Of a stretch of DNA of 43,108 bases, positions 18,413-30,739 are shown piece by piece. Position numbers and translations under genes: made by a program. The notes beneath the pieces are model-generated. The model ran no database searches. It saw only the letters and a program-made list of their open reading frames with translations, and was not told the origin of the DNA. Position 1 is the stretch's first letter; each line of letters begins with the position of its first letter. The DNA lies in the NCBI GenBank assembly GCA_964647745.1, contig CAZYJG010000002.1, positions 1-43,108 on the forward strand, written 5' to 3'. Origin of the DNA: an uncultured Piscirickettsiaceae bacterium. GTDB lineage: Bacteria > Pseudomonadota > Gammaproteobacteria > GCF-002020875.

Positions 18413-20416
18413 TCATCGCCTCTTGCGGAGCGGGTGCCTGCCCACTCTTCGGTTATGTTTCCCCCTGCCGCCTCCTCTGTGGTGCTCTGCAGGGACCAGC
18501 TGATCCTTGCCGGGGCCAATCAGATCCCCTCTTCCCATTTTGATTAGGGCACTGCGCAACAGGGGCCAGTTTTCCGAGTCATGATAGCGAAGAAAGGCCT
18601 TGTGGAGTCTCCGTTTGCGTTCACCACTGGGTATCGCAACCTGTTCGGAACCGGCCCTCACCTTGCGCAGCGGGTTGCGTTCCGTATGGTACATGGTGGT
18701 TGCCAGTGACATCGGTGTGGGGAGAAAGTTTTGTACCTGATCAGGCCTGAACCTGTTCCGCTTTAGCCAGAGTGAGAGGTTTGCCATATCCTCATCCGTT
18801 GTTCCCGGGTGGGCGGCAATAAAATAGGGGATCAGATACTGCTCCTTGTTGGCACTCCTGGAGAAACGGTCAAACATCTCCCGGAAGCGGTAGAAGGAGT
18901 CAATGCCAGGCTTCATCATCTTGGAGAGTGGCCCCGCCTCGGTATGCTCCGGTGCAATCTTGAGGTACCCCCCTACATGGTGAGTGACCAGCTCCTCAAC
19001 ATACTCTGGGGAGCGGACCGCAAGATCGTAACGCAAGCCGGATGCAATGAAGATACGCTTTACCCTCGGCACCTCTCGTGCCTTGCGATAGAGCGCAACA
19101 AGAGGCTTGTGGCTGGTATCCATATGTCTGCAGATCTCTGGATAGACGCAGGAGAGTCGACGGCATGAGGACTCTATCTCTCTGCTCTTGCAGCGCATGC
19201 GGTACATGTTTGCGGTAGGGCCACCGAGATCAGAGATGTTTCCGGTAAAGCCGGGGATGTTCTGCACCTCCTCGATCTCGCGCAGGATCGACTCCTCGGA
19301 ACGGCTCTGGATGATCCTCCCCTCATGCTCCGTAATGGAACAGAAGGTGCAACCCCCGAAACAGCCGCGCATGATATTGATCGAAAAGCGGATCATCTCA
19401 TAGGCAGGGAGTCGTCGCTCCCCATAGGATGGGTGTGGCCGACGCGTATAGGGCAACTCATAGATGCGGTCGAGCTCCTCGGTAGAGAGCGGAACGGGTG
19501 GTGGGTTGACCCATACCACCTGATCGCCATGCGGTTGCAGCAGGATACGTGCATTTCCCGGGTTGGTCTCCAGATGAAACAGTCTGGAGGTGTGTGCGTA
19601 GAGTGCAGGGTCGCTCTGCACCTGTTCATAAGAAGGGAGACGGAGAGCACTCTTTTCACGCGCCCCTCTGGAGGTGGATGGGGTATGCAGGGCCTCCTCC
19701 GGAAGCCTGGAGAGATCCAGGATCCGCCACTCCGGCTCCCTCTCGGCAAGTGCGGATTGGCTGAGAATGGTGGCGCTGCCCCGAAGATCATCTATTGTAG
19801 CGATTGACTCACCGCCTGCGATCCGGTGCGCCAGTTCAACAATCGCTCGCTCGGCATTTCCAAACAGCAGCAGGTCTGCACGCGAGTCCAGCAGAATGGA
19901 TCTGCGCACCTTGTCCGACCAGTAGTCATAGTGGGCAAGTCGCCGCAGACTCGCCTCGATGCCGCCAATGACAATCGGGACCCCACTGTATGCCTCCCTG
20001 CAGCGCTGGCTATAGACAATGGTTGAGCGGTCCGGCCTCTTCCCCCCCTCGCCGCCCGGGGTGTAGGCGTCATCCCTGCGAATCTTGCGGTCCGAGGTGT
20101 AACGGTTGACCATGGAGTCCATGTTTCCGGCGGTAACCCCGAAAAATAGGTTTGGCCTTCCAAGCTGCCGAAAGGGCTCCACACTCTTCCAGTCGGGCTG
20201 GGAGATGATGCCGACCCGAAACCCCTGTGACTCCAGCAGGCGCCCAATCAGCGCCATTCCAAAGCTCGGGTGGTCCACATAGGCATCACCAGTCACCAGG
20301 ATGATGTCGCAGGAGTCCCATCCCAACAGATCCATCTCATCGCGGGAGATTGGCAGCACCGGCGCCGTACCAAAGCGGTGCGCCCAATACTTGCGTCTGG
20401 AGAAGAGGTTTTTCAT
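18413..20416 (-). CDS. ygiQ: YgiQ-family radical SAM protein (UPF0313)
   Basis: Characteristic N-terminus ([42 protein letters not shown]), a radical SAM cluster motif ([11 protein letters not shown]) and a basic R/K/G tail. 667 aa. The stop lies 3 nt before the relA ATG. Confidence 0.9.
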   Translation of the reverse strand: MKNLFSRRKYWAHRFGTAPVLPISRDEMDLLGWDSCDIILVTGDAYVDHPSFGMALIGRLLESQGFRVGIISQPDWKSVEPFRQLGRPNLFFGVTAGNMDSMVNRYTSDRKIRRDDAYTPGGEGGKRPDRSTIVYSQRCREAYSGVPIVIGGIEASLRRLAHYDYWSDKVRRSILLDSRADLLLFGNAERAIVELAHRIAGGESIATIDDLRGSATILSQSALAEREPEWRILDLSRLPEEALHTPSTSRGAREKSALRLPSYEQVQSDPALYAHTSRLFHLETNPGNARILLQPHGDQVVWVNPPPVPLSTEELDRIYELPYTRRPHPSYGERRLPAYEMIRFSINIMRGCFGGCTFCSITEHEGRIIQSRSEESILREIEEVQNIPGFTGNISDLGGPTANMYRMRCKSREIESSCRRLSCVYPEICRHMDTSHKPLVALYRKAREVPRVKRIFIASGLRYDLAVRSPEYVEELVTHHVGGYLKIAPEHTEAGPLSKMMKPGIDSFYRFREMFDRFSRSANKEQYLIPYFIAAHPGTTDEDMANLSLWLKRNRFRPDQVQNFLPTPMSLATTMYHTERNPLRKVRAGSEQVAIPSGERKRRLHKAFLRYHDSENWPLLRSALIKMGRGDLIGPGKDQLVPAEHHRGGGRGKHNRRVGRHPLRKRR

Positions 20417-20468
20417 GGGGCAATTATACGCACTCCGGAAATCGAAGCTGTATCAGGCGTTGGATCTG

Positions 20469-21638
20469 TTACTTCTTGAGCTTGATCGTTACCGGGAAGG
20501 CAAAGCCAACCTTGTCACTCTTCACATCATTAGAGAGGACCTCAAAGGGCTGTGCCATCTCTACCATCTGTTCAACTGCCCGGTCCAGCACCTCATGACC
20601 TGAGCTCTGGAGGAGCTCGGTCTCAACCAGCATGCCGCTGCGGTCAATCACAAACCCAATCAGCACCTTACCCTGGATCCCCTGCTCTTCGGCAACCGCC
20701 TTGGGATAGAGTGTGTACCCCTTTAGCTTGACTCGCATTCTTGCCCGATAGGCGAAACTGACACCTGTTGCACCAGAGTATCGGCTGCGCCAGCTCTTGG
20801 CTCGAGAACGCAGCTCTTTCTGTGAACCCGCATCCTCAGTAGCCACTGCTGGCAGTGACGGCCTCCACTCCTCAGCCACAACCTCTGGCAGCATCTCCAT
20901 CTCCAGCGCCTCAAAGTCAATCTGTTCAATCTCGATCTCTGCAAGGATTGTCTCAGGCTCACTACTCATCTCTGGCAACAGCTCTGGCAGTTCCGGTAGT
21001 GGCGCAACATCCACCTCCTCTGAGAGCGGCTCATCTCTCATCCCAAGTTGTGCCATTACAAGATCCTCTCGCTCTGGCAAGAGCATTGTCGTTTCTGGTA
21101 TAACCAGACGCTCTGCCTGTGGCAGTTCAGAGGGGAGTTCTGCAGGGGTTGCTGAGAGTGTCATCAGCTTTGGTTTGATACTCTCTGAATTCGGGGCCTC
21201 CAGCCGGGGCATCTGGGCCGGGGTCGAGAGCTCCGGTGCGGCAATGGGTGCCACCTCTGGAGTTGTAGCCTCCAGAATCTCTGGCTGCAGCTCCATCTCT
21301 ACCTCAGCGCTCTCAGCCTCAAGCTCTTTCCCCGGGGTGACCTCGAGGGCAACACCAGAGGATGGCATCATCTCGGCAAACTGCTGTTGTGACTCATCCA
21401 GCGAGACCATCGGTATAGCCTCAGCAGTAATCGGAGTCTCGGCCTGAATGACCTCTGGCTGCTCAAGGATCAGCTGCTCCAGGATCTCCGGATCGGCAAG
21501 CAGCACGGTAAAGGGAGACTCAATCTGCTGTCTGACCAGCGGCGTCAACTGATAGAGCGGGATCGACTGGATCAACAGGATATGGACCAGCATGGATCCA
21601 GTCAGCGCATAAAACCATTGGCGGGAGCGAATAACCAT
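20469..21638 (-). CDS. tonB: TonB-family energy transducer with an unusually long acidic linker
   Basis: N-terminal TM helix (FYALTGSMLVHILLI). C-terminal TonB domain (YPKAVAEEQGIQGKVLIGFVIDRSGMLVETELLQSSGHEVLDRA). Sits downstream of exbB-exbD-exbD. 389 aa. Confidence 0.8.
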   Translation of the reverse strand: MVIRSRQWFYALTGSMLVHILLIQSIPLYQLTPLVRQQIESPFTVLLADPEILEQLILEQPEVIQAETPITAEAIPMVSLDESQQQFAEMMPSSGVALEVTPGKELEAESAEVEMELQPEILEATTPEVAPIAAPELSTPAQMPRLEAPNSESIKPKLMTLSATPAELPSELPQAERLVIPETTMLLPEREDLVMAQLGMRDEPLSEEVDVAPLPELPELLPEMSSEPETILAEIEIEQIDFEALEMEMLPEVVAEEWRPSLPAVATEDAGSQKELRSRAKSWRSRYSGATGVSFAYRARMRVKLKGYTLYPKAVAEEQGIQGKVLIGFVIDRSGMLVETELLQSSGHEVLDRAVEQMVEMAQPFEVLSNDVKSDKVGFAFPVTIKLKK

Positions 21639-21640
21639 GC

Positions 21641-22045
21641 TCAGGGGGTCACCTCAGTGATCAGCTCCACCCGCTTCACTCCACCCTTGCGAATATCCTC
21701 CAGCAGCCTGACTACCCGATGTGCATCCACGCGACTGTCGGCATGGATCTCAATGGATGGTGGGGTGCGTCCACGGTATGAGTCATCGATCAGATAGCGC
21801 AGCTGATGACTGTTGCTGATCTCACGCTCCCCCACTGCCATGTTTCCATCCTGGTCAAGAAAGATGGAGAGCTCCATTGGCTCAACCCGCGCACTGCTGG
21901 TGGAGCGGGGATGGTCAATCTCCCAGAAACCGGGGGATTTTACGGTACCCGCAACCAGAAAGAAGATGATCAGGAGAAAGATCACACTGACCAGCGGGGT
22001 CATATCCAGCTCGGTATGTCTCTTTCGGTAGTAGTGGAAGCGCAT
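21641..22045 (-). CDS. exbD: ExbD/TolR biopolymer transport protein
   Basis: 134 aa. N-terminal TM segment with the PLVSVIFLLIIFFLV pattern and a periplasmic ExbD domain (I.ADSRVDAHRVVRLLEDIRKGG). Confidence 0.88.
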   Translation of the reverse strand: MRFHYYRKRHTELDMTPLVSVIFLLIIFFLVAGTVKSPGFWEIDHPRSTSSARVEPMELSIFLDQDGNMAVGEREISNSHQLRYLIDDSYRGRTPPSIEIHADSRVDAHRVVRLLEDIRKGGVKRVELITEVTP

Positions 22046-22047
22046 GG

Positions 22048-22455
22048 TTAACGAATCAGGCTTACCAGTGTTGCCCCACCTGCACGAAGCTGGTCCATTA
22101 CGAGCACCACCTGCTGCAGGGGAAGATCTGCATCCGGGCGCACAATGAAACGGGTTTGCGGTCTCTTCTGCAGCAGCTGTGACGTCTTCTCTGCAACCAG
22201 TGAGAGCTCAACATGGCGACCATTGATATCAATATTGCCACCGGGATGGACACGCACCAGGGAGGCCCCCTGCCAGGCACTCTTGCCCTCCCCCTTCTCT
22301 GCAGGAATATCAAGGGAGAGCTTGCGCTGCTGAGAAAAACTAGTGGTCAGCATGAAGAAAATCAGGAGCAGAAAGACCACATCAATCAGTGAGGTGAGGC
22401 TGAGCCAGCGCCGTTTTGATTGGTACCCGACTGATTCAAATTGCATGACTGTCAC
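22048..22455 (-). CDS. exbD: ExbD/TolR biopolymer transport protein (second copy)
   Basis: SLIDVVFLLLIFFMLT TM motif and an ExbD periplasmic domain. The track start is GTG at 22453-22455. An in-frame ATG at 22444-22446 (MQFES...) with a GAGAG upstream is an equally good start. Confidence 0.87.
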   Translation of the reverse strand: MTVMQFESVGYQSKRRWLSLTSLIDVVFLLLIFFMLTTSFSQQRKLSLDIPAEKGEGKSAWQGASLVRVHPGGNIDINGRHVELSLVAEKTSQLLQKRPQTRFIVRPDADLPLQQVVLVMDQLRAGGATLVSLIR

Positions 22456-22520
22456 TCTCTGTCAGTAGCTGTGGTCATCGTACAGTCTGCAGGAGGTGCC
22501 GCATTCACGCTGAAGCGGCG

Positions 22521-23156
22521 TTACCCGGTCTGGCGAATGGCGCCCAGTGTCCGGGTCACGGCATCCCCCATATCCTGCCGTACACGCTCGACAATCCCCT
22601 CGAGCCAGTTAACGGCAGCAAGTGCAGGAATTGCAATGGCGAGACCAAAGGCCGTTGTGATCAGGGCCTCCCAGATTCCACCAGCCAGCATCGTGACATC
22701 TACCTGAACGCCCGCCTCCTCAAGCTGCATAAAGGCCTGAATCATTCCCAGAACCGTTCCCAACAGCCCCAGCAGTGGACTCAGATGGGCAACGGCATCA
22801 AGCCCCCGGATATAGGAAGTAAGCTGCTCCAGCTGTGTTCTTCCCTCGCTCTCCAACTCCTCTTTTGCAGCACTGCTCTCACCCACTGTAGTCCCTGCAT
22901 CAGAGATCCGGATTGCCCGCTCCATCACTCGTGCAATGGGGGTCTTGCGGGCAGAGAGATCTGTAACAGCAATCCCCTTCTGTCCCCGCTCAATATTCTG
23001 TAGCGCCCGCTCTACATAATCGTGAGAACCAAACAGCACCTTCCTGGATTGAAAGTGGTAGAGCTTGAGGAGAAATATTGCAAATCCATAGACAGAGAGC
23101 GCCAACAGGATGATGGCCACAGGGCCACCCTTGTTTACCAGCAGTTCCAGTCCCAT
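22521..23156 (-). CDS. exbB: MotA/TolQ/ExbB proton-channel protein
   Basis: 211 aa, three TM segments, conserved LGLLGTVLGMIQAF and ALITTAFGLAIAIPA strings. Perfect AAGGAG Shine-Dalgarno upstream of the ATG at 23154-23156. Confidence 0.9.
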   Translation of the reverse strand: MGLELLVNKGGPVAIILLALSVYGFAIFLLKLYHFQSRKVLFGSHDYVERALQNIERGQKGIAVTDLSARKTPIARVMERAIRISDAGTTVGESSAAKEELESEGRTQLEQLTSYIRGLDAVAHLSPLLGLLGTVLGMIQAFMQLEEAGVQVDVTMLAGGIWEALITTAFGLAIAIPALAAVNWLEGIVERVRQDMGDAVTRTLGAIRQTG

Positions 23157-23166
23157 AAAAGTCTCC

Positions 23167-23664
23167 TTACTTGAAGAGTCTGACGGAGGCCTTGGTTCCC
23201 GTCCTGATCATGCCCATGCAGTTGGCCACCTCACCCCCACCGCTTTTGCATGAGACCATGCGGTTGAGCAGAATGCTGTCTATCTCATCACATTTTGCCC
23301 CCTTCATCGGTACCAGTTTCACCACCGTCTTGTTGGCGGTAACCCTCTGGAAGTCGGCCAGGAAGTGGGCTGTAATGATCTCCTCCTTGTTGAAGGCGAA
23401 GAGCTCGGATTTCAGTTCAGTGAACTCGTTCTCTGTCTGGTTGGAGAAGCGGACATAGGCCACACAGAGATCATCCCGTTGCTCCAGTTTGTTGATCTCC
23501 ATGTAAAGACTGCTGGCAGCTTGTGGGCTCGCCTTTTCAACTGCCGGTTGGGTTACTGCGCTCTCTGTTGCCTGCTCTGTTACTGCCTCATCCTCTGCGG
23601 CATAGAGGGGTGATACCAACAGCGCCGATACCAGCATTACGCTCCATTTAAATTTTTTCAACAT
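23167..23664 (-). CDS. hypothetical secreted protein (about 165 aa, signal peptide, 4 Cys)
   Basis: Signal-peptide-like N-terminus (MLKKFKWSVMLVSALLVSPLYA|AED). I use the ATG at 23662-23664; the track ORF begins 4 codons earlier at a GTG (23676). Sits 10 nt upstream of exbB. No family recognised. Confidence 0.6.
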   Translation of the reverse strand: MLKKFKWSVMLVSALLVSPLYAAEDEAVTEQATESAVTQPAVEKASPQAASSLYMEINKLEQRDDLCVAYVRFSNQTENEFTELKSELFAFNKEEIITAHFLADFQRVTANKTVVKLVPMKGAKCDEIDSILLNRMVSCKSGGGEVANCMGMIRTGTKASVRLFK

Positions 23665-23702
23665 GGTGTTGCTCACTTGTAATTTGAAAACGGTAAAACC
23701 AA

Positions 23703-24389
23703 TTAATTGCAGTTCAGGGCAAGATACTCTAGATCACTATCCTCGACCTCACCCAGTTCCCAGTCGCCACGATTGTTGGCATGGTCAATGGCAGCCTGCT
23801 GCATCTCATCCGATGAATCATGGGGAACAGTGAGAACCTGCCCGGCATAGATCAGGTCTGCATCAATGATCTGATCCTTGTTGGCACACAGCAACAGGGG
23901 CCAGAGGGCGGCATCACCATAGACCTGCTCACTGGAGGCAATCGTCCAGAGGCTGTCGCCATCCATGACCTCAAACTCTGTTGGTTCAGGGGCCGGTTCA
24001 GCATCACGCTGCTGCTCACTGGCAATATCCGCAGATTCTGGAAGGCCAACCTCAACCGAGGCCGTTGGCTTGATCTCCTCAATGCGTGCCGCCTCGATCT
24101 CCACAATCTCTGCTGGTTTCTCCGGAATTGGCTCTCCCGCAGCCTCTGCCTTGTCGACTGCAACGGCATACTTGGAACGGATCTCAAGAATTTCATCGCA
24201 CTCGGGCTGTGCGTAACTCTTCTCCCAGAATCCCGTATGAATACAGTCACCAAATGGGGTCCGAACCACAGCACCCCTGCCATCAACCAGATAGCCCTCG
24301 AAACTTCCCGCCTGCAGGGCACCCAGTGGAAGGAGTGTCATCAGTGCTATTGTGAGCGCAGATAAAACCGTGTGATCCATTTTTTTCAT
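23703..24389 (-). CDS. LysM peptidoglycan-binding domain protein with signal peptide
   Basis: Signal peptide (MKKMDHTVLSALTIALMTLLPLGALQA). Acidic linker. C-terminal LysM pattern (MDGDSLWTIAS.....GDAALWPLL..ANKDQIIDADLIYAGQVLTVP). AGGA Shine-Dalgarno. Confidence 0.8.
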   Translation of the reverse strand: MKKMDHTVLSALTIALMTLLPLGALQAGSFEGYLVDGRGAVVRTPFGDCIHTGFWEKSYAQPECDEILEIRSKYAVAVDKAEAAGEPIPEKPAEIVEIEAARIEEIKPTASVEVGLPESADIASEQQRDAEPAPEPTEFEVMDGDSLWTIASSEQVYGDAALWPLLLCANKDQIIDADLIYAGQVLTVPHDSSDEMQQAAIDHANNRGDWELGEVEDSDLEYLALNCN

Positions 24390-24512
24390 TGAAGATTTCC
24401 TTTCTGTAACTGCTTGATGATCGGATGGCTACATTTCCTCAATATTACTGTAGGAACTGTTTTATTTCCACGCCCTATTCGAGAAAAAGCGGGCTCTCTG
24501 TCCCAGAGAAAA

Positions 24513-24521
24513 TGGTATGAT
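24513..24521 (+). promoter_or_regulatory. candidate extended -10 element (TGgTATGAT) for the 24559 gene
   Basis: TG-n-TATGAT lies about 38 nt upstream of the ATG at 24559. I found no convincing -35. Pattern match only. Confidence 0.3.
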
Positions 24522-24558
24522 CCGGTGACTTGAAAAACAGCTATCAGGGAAGAAAAAA

Positions 24559-25113
24559 ATGATAAAAAACAACATCTGGATTGCAGTTGCCGCACTCTCG
24601 CTCCCCATCTCTGCAGTTGCTCAACAGACACCTCTTTTAGTTGAGATGGAGAGCGCTCCAGCACCCTACAGCGGTGTCAATGCCGCCCCAACTGCACTCC
24701 CAGCACAACAGCACCCTGACCAGAACCGCCCTCAACAAGAGAAAATCCCTGACGACATCTGGAGCACCATTGCATCACCGTTTGACCCCATCAGCAACAG
24801 CGAGGGGCTGATGCCCCAGCAGCAGAGACCGCTACCCATGCCGATGCCACAACCAAGGGTTGAGGTGGTCATGCAGCCCCCTGCTGAGCCACAGCCAGTC
24901 TATTCACAGCCACCTGCGCCCCCTGCAGAGCCTCCACGCTATCCAATGCAGGCGATTGCTGTCCCCTATGAGCTGCCACCTCAGGAGAAGATTGTAGCTG
25001 AATACCCCGAGGAGTACTGGAACTGCCTGCTCAACAACCTGCAGGGGTTGGGAAGTGATGTAGCGGCCAAGCTGATCACCCGTGCCTGCCAGAAAAAATA
25101 CCCAAAACGGTAA
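24559..25113 (+). CDS. hypothetical secreted Pro/Gln-rich protein, 184 aa
   Basis: Signal peptide (MIKNNIWIAVAALSLPISAVAQQ). A low-complexity P/Q-rich middle. A short C-terminal two-Cys region (YWNCLL...TRACQKKYPKR). AGGGAAG Shine-Dalgarno 8 nt upstream. Confidence 0.6.
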   Translation: MIKNNIWIAVAALSLPISAVAQQTPLLVEMESAPAPYSGVNAAPTALPAQQHPDQNRPQQEKIPDDIWSTIASPFDPISNSEGLMPQQQRPLPMPMPQPRVEVVMQPPAEPQPVYSQPPAPPAEPPRYPMQAIAVPYELPPQEKIVAEYPEEYWNCLLNNLQGLGSDVAAKLITRACQKKYPKR

Positions 25114-25158
25114 TAAGCATTAATCGTTCCAAATGTTTTGGCACTCCTGATCCGTGGC

Positions 25159-25186
25159 CGTTTGTGGGCAGGGATGCCCACAAACG
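25159..25186. other. perfect 12-bp stem / 4-nt loop hairpin in a convergent intergenic region (no U-tract on either strand)
   Basis: CGTTTGTGGGCA-ggga-TGCCCACAAACG, read directly. Lies between the 3' ends of the 24559 gene and ubiA. Confidence 0.9.
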
Positions 25187-25261
25187 AGTGACACATGGAT
25201 GTGCTAGAACGCGCCACTGACAGGAGCTGCCAATACTTTTGAAATCACTGGTAGCCCCGGC

Positions 25262-26119
25262 CTAGCCTCCCGCCAGCCTGTCCAGGGCAATGCCCAGGAA
25301 GATGGACATCCCAAGCCAGTGGTTGTGGAGAAAGGCCTGGAAGCAGGCCGCCGGCTCACGTCTGCGGATCAGGTACTGATGGTAGATGCCCATCAATGAT
25401 GCGACCACAAGCCCCAGATAGTAGATCCAGCCCAGAGAAAACGCTGTTCCGGCAAGCAAGAGCAGTCCAACCATTGTCAGCTGAAAGAGCCCAATGATCT
25501 GCCGATCCCACTCTCCAAAGAGGATCGCTGTAGAGCGGATCCCCACCTTCAGGTCATCCTCACGGTCAACCATCGCATACATGGTGTCGTAGACAACTGC
25601 CCAGCAGAGTGTGGCCAGAAAGAGCAGCCATGCCCCGGGGGGCACCTCAGCAATGACTGCAGCAAAGGCCATCGGGATGGCCCAGCCAAATGCGGCACCG
25701 AGAAAGAGCTGGGGAAGGTGAGTGTAGCGCTTCATGAATGGGTAGATGATGGCCAGCGCCACGGCCACAAACGAGAGTTTGATCGTCAGCAGATTCATGG
25801 TAAGAACCAGGAGAAAGGCGATGGCAGTCAACAGGGCAAAGAGCAGCAGTGCCCCACGCTCGCTGACCACCCCTGCTGTCAGTGGGCGTTCTGCAGTACG
25901 CCGCACATGGCGATCCACCTCGCGATCCGCATAGTCATTGATGATGCAGCCTGCCGAGCGCATCAGAACGACACCGGCGACAAACACAGAGAGCACCATC
26001 CACGGAGGGAGGCCATCAGCAGCAATCCACAACCCCCAGAGCGTGGGCCAGAGCAGCAACAGAATCCCGATCGGCTTGTCGAGTCGCATCAACTGAATAT
26101 AGGCAGCGGCCTTGCTCAT
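25262..26119 (-). CDS. ubiA: 4-hydroxybenzoate octaprenyltransferase
   Basis: UbiA prenyltransferase motifs (NDYADREVDRHVRRTAERPL, second D-rich motif YDTMYAMVDREDD). Multi-TM. 285 aa. Confidence 0.93.
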   Translation of the reverse strand: MSKAAAYIQLMRLDKPIGILLLLWPTLWGLWIAADGLPPWMVLSVFVAGVVLMRSAGCIINDYADREVDRHVRRTAERPLTAGVVSERGALLLFALLTAIAFLLVLTMNLLTIKLSFVAVALAIIYPFMKRYTHLPQLFLGAAFGWAIPMAFAAVIAEVPPGAWLLFLATLCWAVVYDTMYAMVDREDDLKVGIRSTAILFGEWDRQIIGLFQLTMVGLLLLAGTAFSLGWIYYLGLVVASLMGIYHQYLIRRREPAACFQAFLHNHWLGMSIFLGIALDRLAGG

Positions 26120-26126
26120 CGCTTGT

Positions 26127-29058
<2,932 letters not shown>

Positions 29059-29063
29059 TAATA

Positions 29064-30521
29064 CTAGACCCGGTAGTTTGGAGCCTCTTTGGTGATGCTG
29101 ACATCATGAACATGGCTCTCTGCCATGCCTGCGCCGGTAACCTGTACAAACTGTGGCTTGGTACGCATCTCATCAATATTGACGCAACCGGTATACCCCA
29201 TGCTGGAGCGCAGACCACCCATCATCTGGTGGATAATGCCGCCCATTGGACCCTTGTAGGGGACACGCCCCTCAATCCCCTCGGGCACCAGCTTTTCGAC
29301 ATTGCTGCTGTTGTCCTGGAAGTAACGGTCACTGGATCCCTGCTGCATTGCCCCCAGTGATCCCATTCCACGGTAGGACTTGTAGGAGCGCCCCTGATAG
29401 AGCTCAACCTCACCGGGTGCCTCCTCGGTTCCTGCCAGCAGCCCGCCCACCATGATGCAGTGAGCCCCTGCGACAATAGCCTTGGCCATATCCCCGGAGT
29501 AGCGGATACCGCCATCCGCAATGGCCGGAACACCGGTTCCCTCCAGCGCCTTGACCACATTGGAGACTGCGCTTACCTGGGGGACGCCCACCCCCGCCAC
29601 GATGCGTGTTGTACAGATGGAGCCGGGGCCAATTCCCACCTTGACCGCATCCGCACCCGCTGCAACCAAGTCCCTGGCTGCCTCACCGGTAGCGATGTTT
29701 CCTCCAATCACCTGGATATCCGGGAAATTCTGCTTCACCCAGCGAACCCGATCCAGTACCCCCTGAGAGTGGCCATGTGCCGTATCAACAACCACGACAT
29801 CGACCCCGGCGGCGGCCAGTGCAGCCACACGCTCCTCGGTATCGGCACCGGTACCCACAGCAGCACCAACACGGAGCCGCTCCTGCTCATCCTTGCATGC
29901 ATTCGGTTTGTCGGTTGCGCGCTGTATATCCTTGACGGTGATCATTCCACGCAGCTCAAATGCATCATTGACCACCAGTACCTTCTCAATGCGATGGGCA
30001 TGGAGCAGTTCAATCACCTCGCTCTTCTCGGCCCCCTCCCTGACAGTCACCAGACGATCCTTCGGGGTCATGACCGTTGCCACCTTCTCATCCAGGCGCT
30101 TCTCAAAGCGGAGATCACGACTGGTGACAATCCCCACCAAGTCATTTCCATCCACGACAGGGAGACCGGAGATTCCGTAGCGGCGGGTCAGATCCACTAC
30201 CTCACGCACCGTCGCCTCCGGGGAGATGGTTACCGGATCAGTCACCACACCACTCTCAAAGCGCTTCACCTTCTGCACCTCACGCCCCTGCTCCTCGGCC
30301 GACATGTTCTTGTGAATAATGCCGACTCCGCCCTCCTGTGCCAGCGCAATGGCCAGCCTGGACTCGGTAACGGTATCCATTGCTGCTGAGACCATCGGGA
30401 TGTTGAGATCGATCTCACGGGTCAGACGGGTACGGAGCGAGACCTCTCGGGGGATCACAGTGGAGTGGGCAGGCAGAAGCAGGACATCATCAAAAGTAAG
30501 GGCTTGTTCAACAAGGCGCAT
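29064..30521 (-). CDS. guaB: IMP dehydrogenase
   Basis: [21 protein letters not shown]-terminus, tandem CBS region and the catalytic loop [12 protein letters not shown] use the ATG at 30519-30521 with a GGAG Shine-Dalgarno (485 aa). The track ORF adds 36 spurious residues. Confidence 0.96.
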   Translation of the reverse strand: MRLVEQALTFDDVLLLPAHSTVIPREVSLRTRLTREIDLNIPMVSAAMDTVTESRLAIALAQEGGVGIIHKNMSAEEQGREVQKVKRFESGVVTDPVTISPEATVREVVDLTRRYGISGLPVVDGNDLVGIVTSRDLRFEKRLDEKVATVMTPKDRLVTVREGAEKSEVIELLHAHRIEKVLVVNDAFELRGMITVKDIQRATDKPNACKDEQERLRVGAAVGTGADTEERVAALAAAGVDVVVVDTAHGHSQGVLDRVRWVKQNFPDIQVIGGNIATGEAARDLVAAGADAVKVGIGPGSICTTRIVAGVGVPQVSAVSNVVKALEGTGVPAIADGGIRYSGDMAKAIVAGAHCIMVGGLLAGTEEAPGEVELYQGRSYKSYRGMGSLGAMQQGSSDRYFQDNSSNVEKLVPEGIEGRVPYKGPMGGIIHQMMGGLRSSMGYTGCVNIDEMRTKPQFVQVTGAGMAESHVHDVSITKEAPNYRV

Positions 30522-30739
30522 GGCGTACTCCATAATCTGAGGATGAAAGGCGCGAATTATAAATGGATCTCGCCTCCAAGTCATTAAGGAGCCATTGAAT
30601 TTGCCCCGATCCAGAGGTGAAGTTTCCAAATTCTGCGAAAAAAGTGAAATTGGCTAGCGGCAAGGAACCCGTGGGCTATAATCAGGTCAACTGGCAAGAG
30701 AATAATTACTCTTTGAAAGCAAAAGCAAAGGATCCAACC

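Noticed and set aside
20797-21447. 216-aa Ser-rich plus-strand ORF antisense to tonB.
   Set aside because: It is the reverse complement of a Glu/Leu/Pro-rich linker (GAG/CTC-type codons read backwards give Ser/Leu). It has no start context.
23677-24558. Fur box or other iron-regulatory operator upstream of the LysM/ExbB/TonB string.
   Set aside because: I found no 19-bp GATAATGATAATCATTATC-like sequence by eye in either upstream spacer. Only generic AT-rich segments are present.
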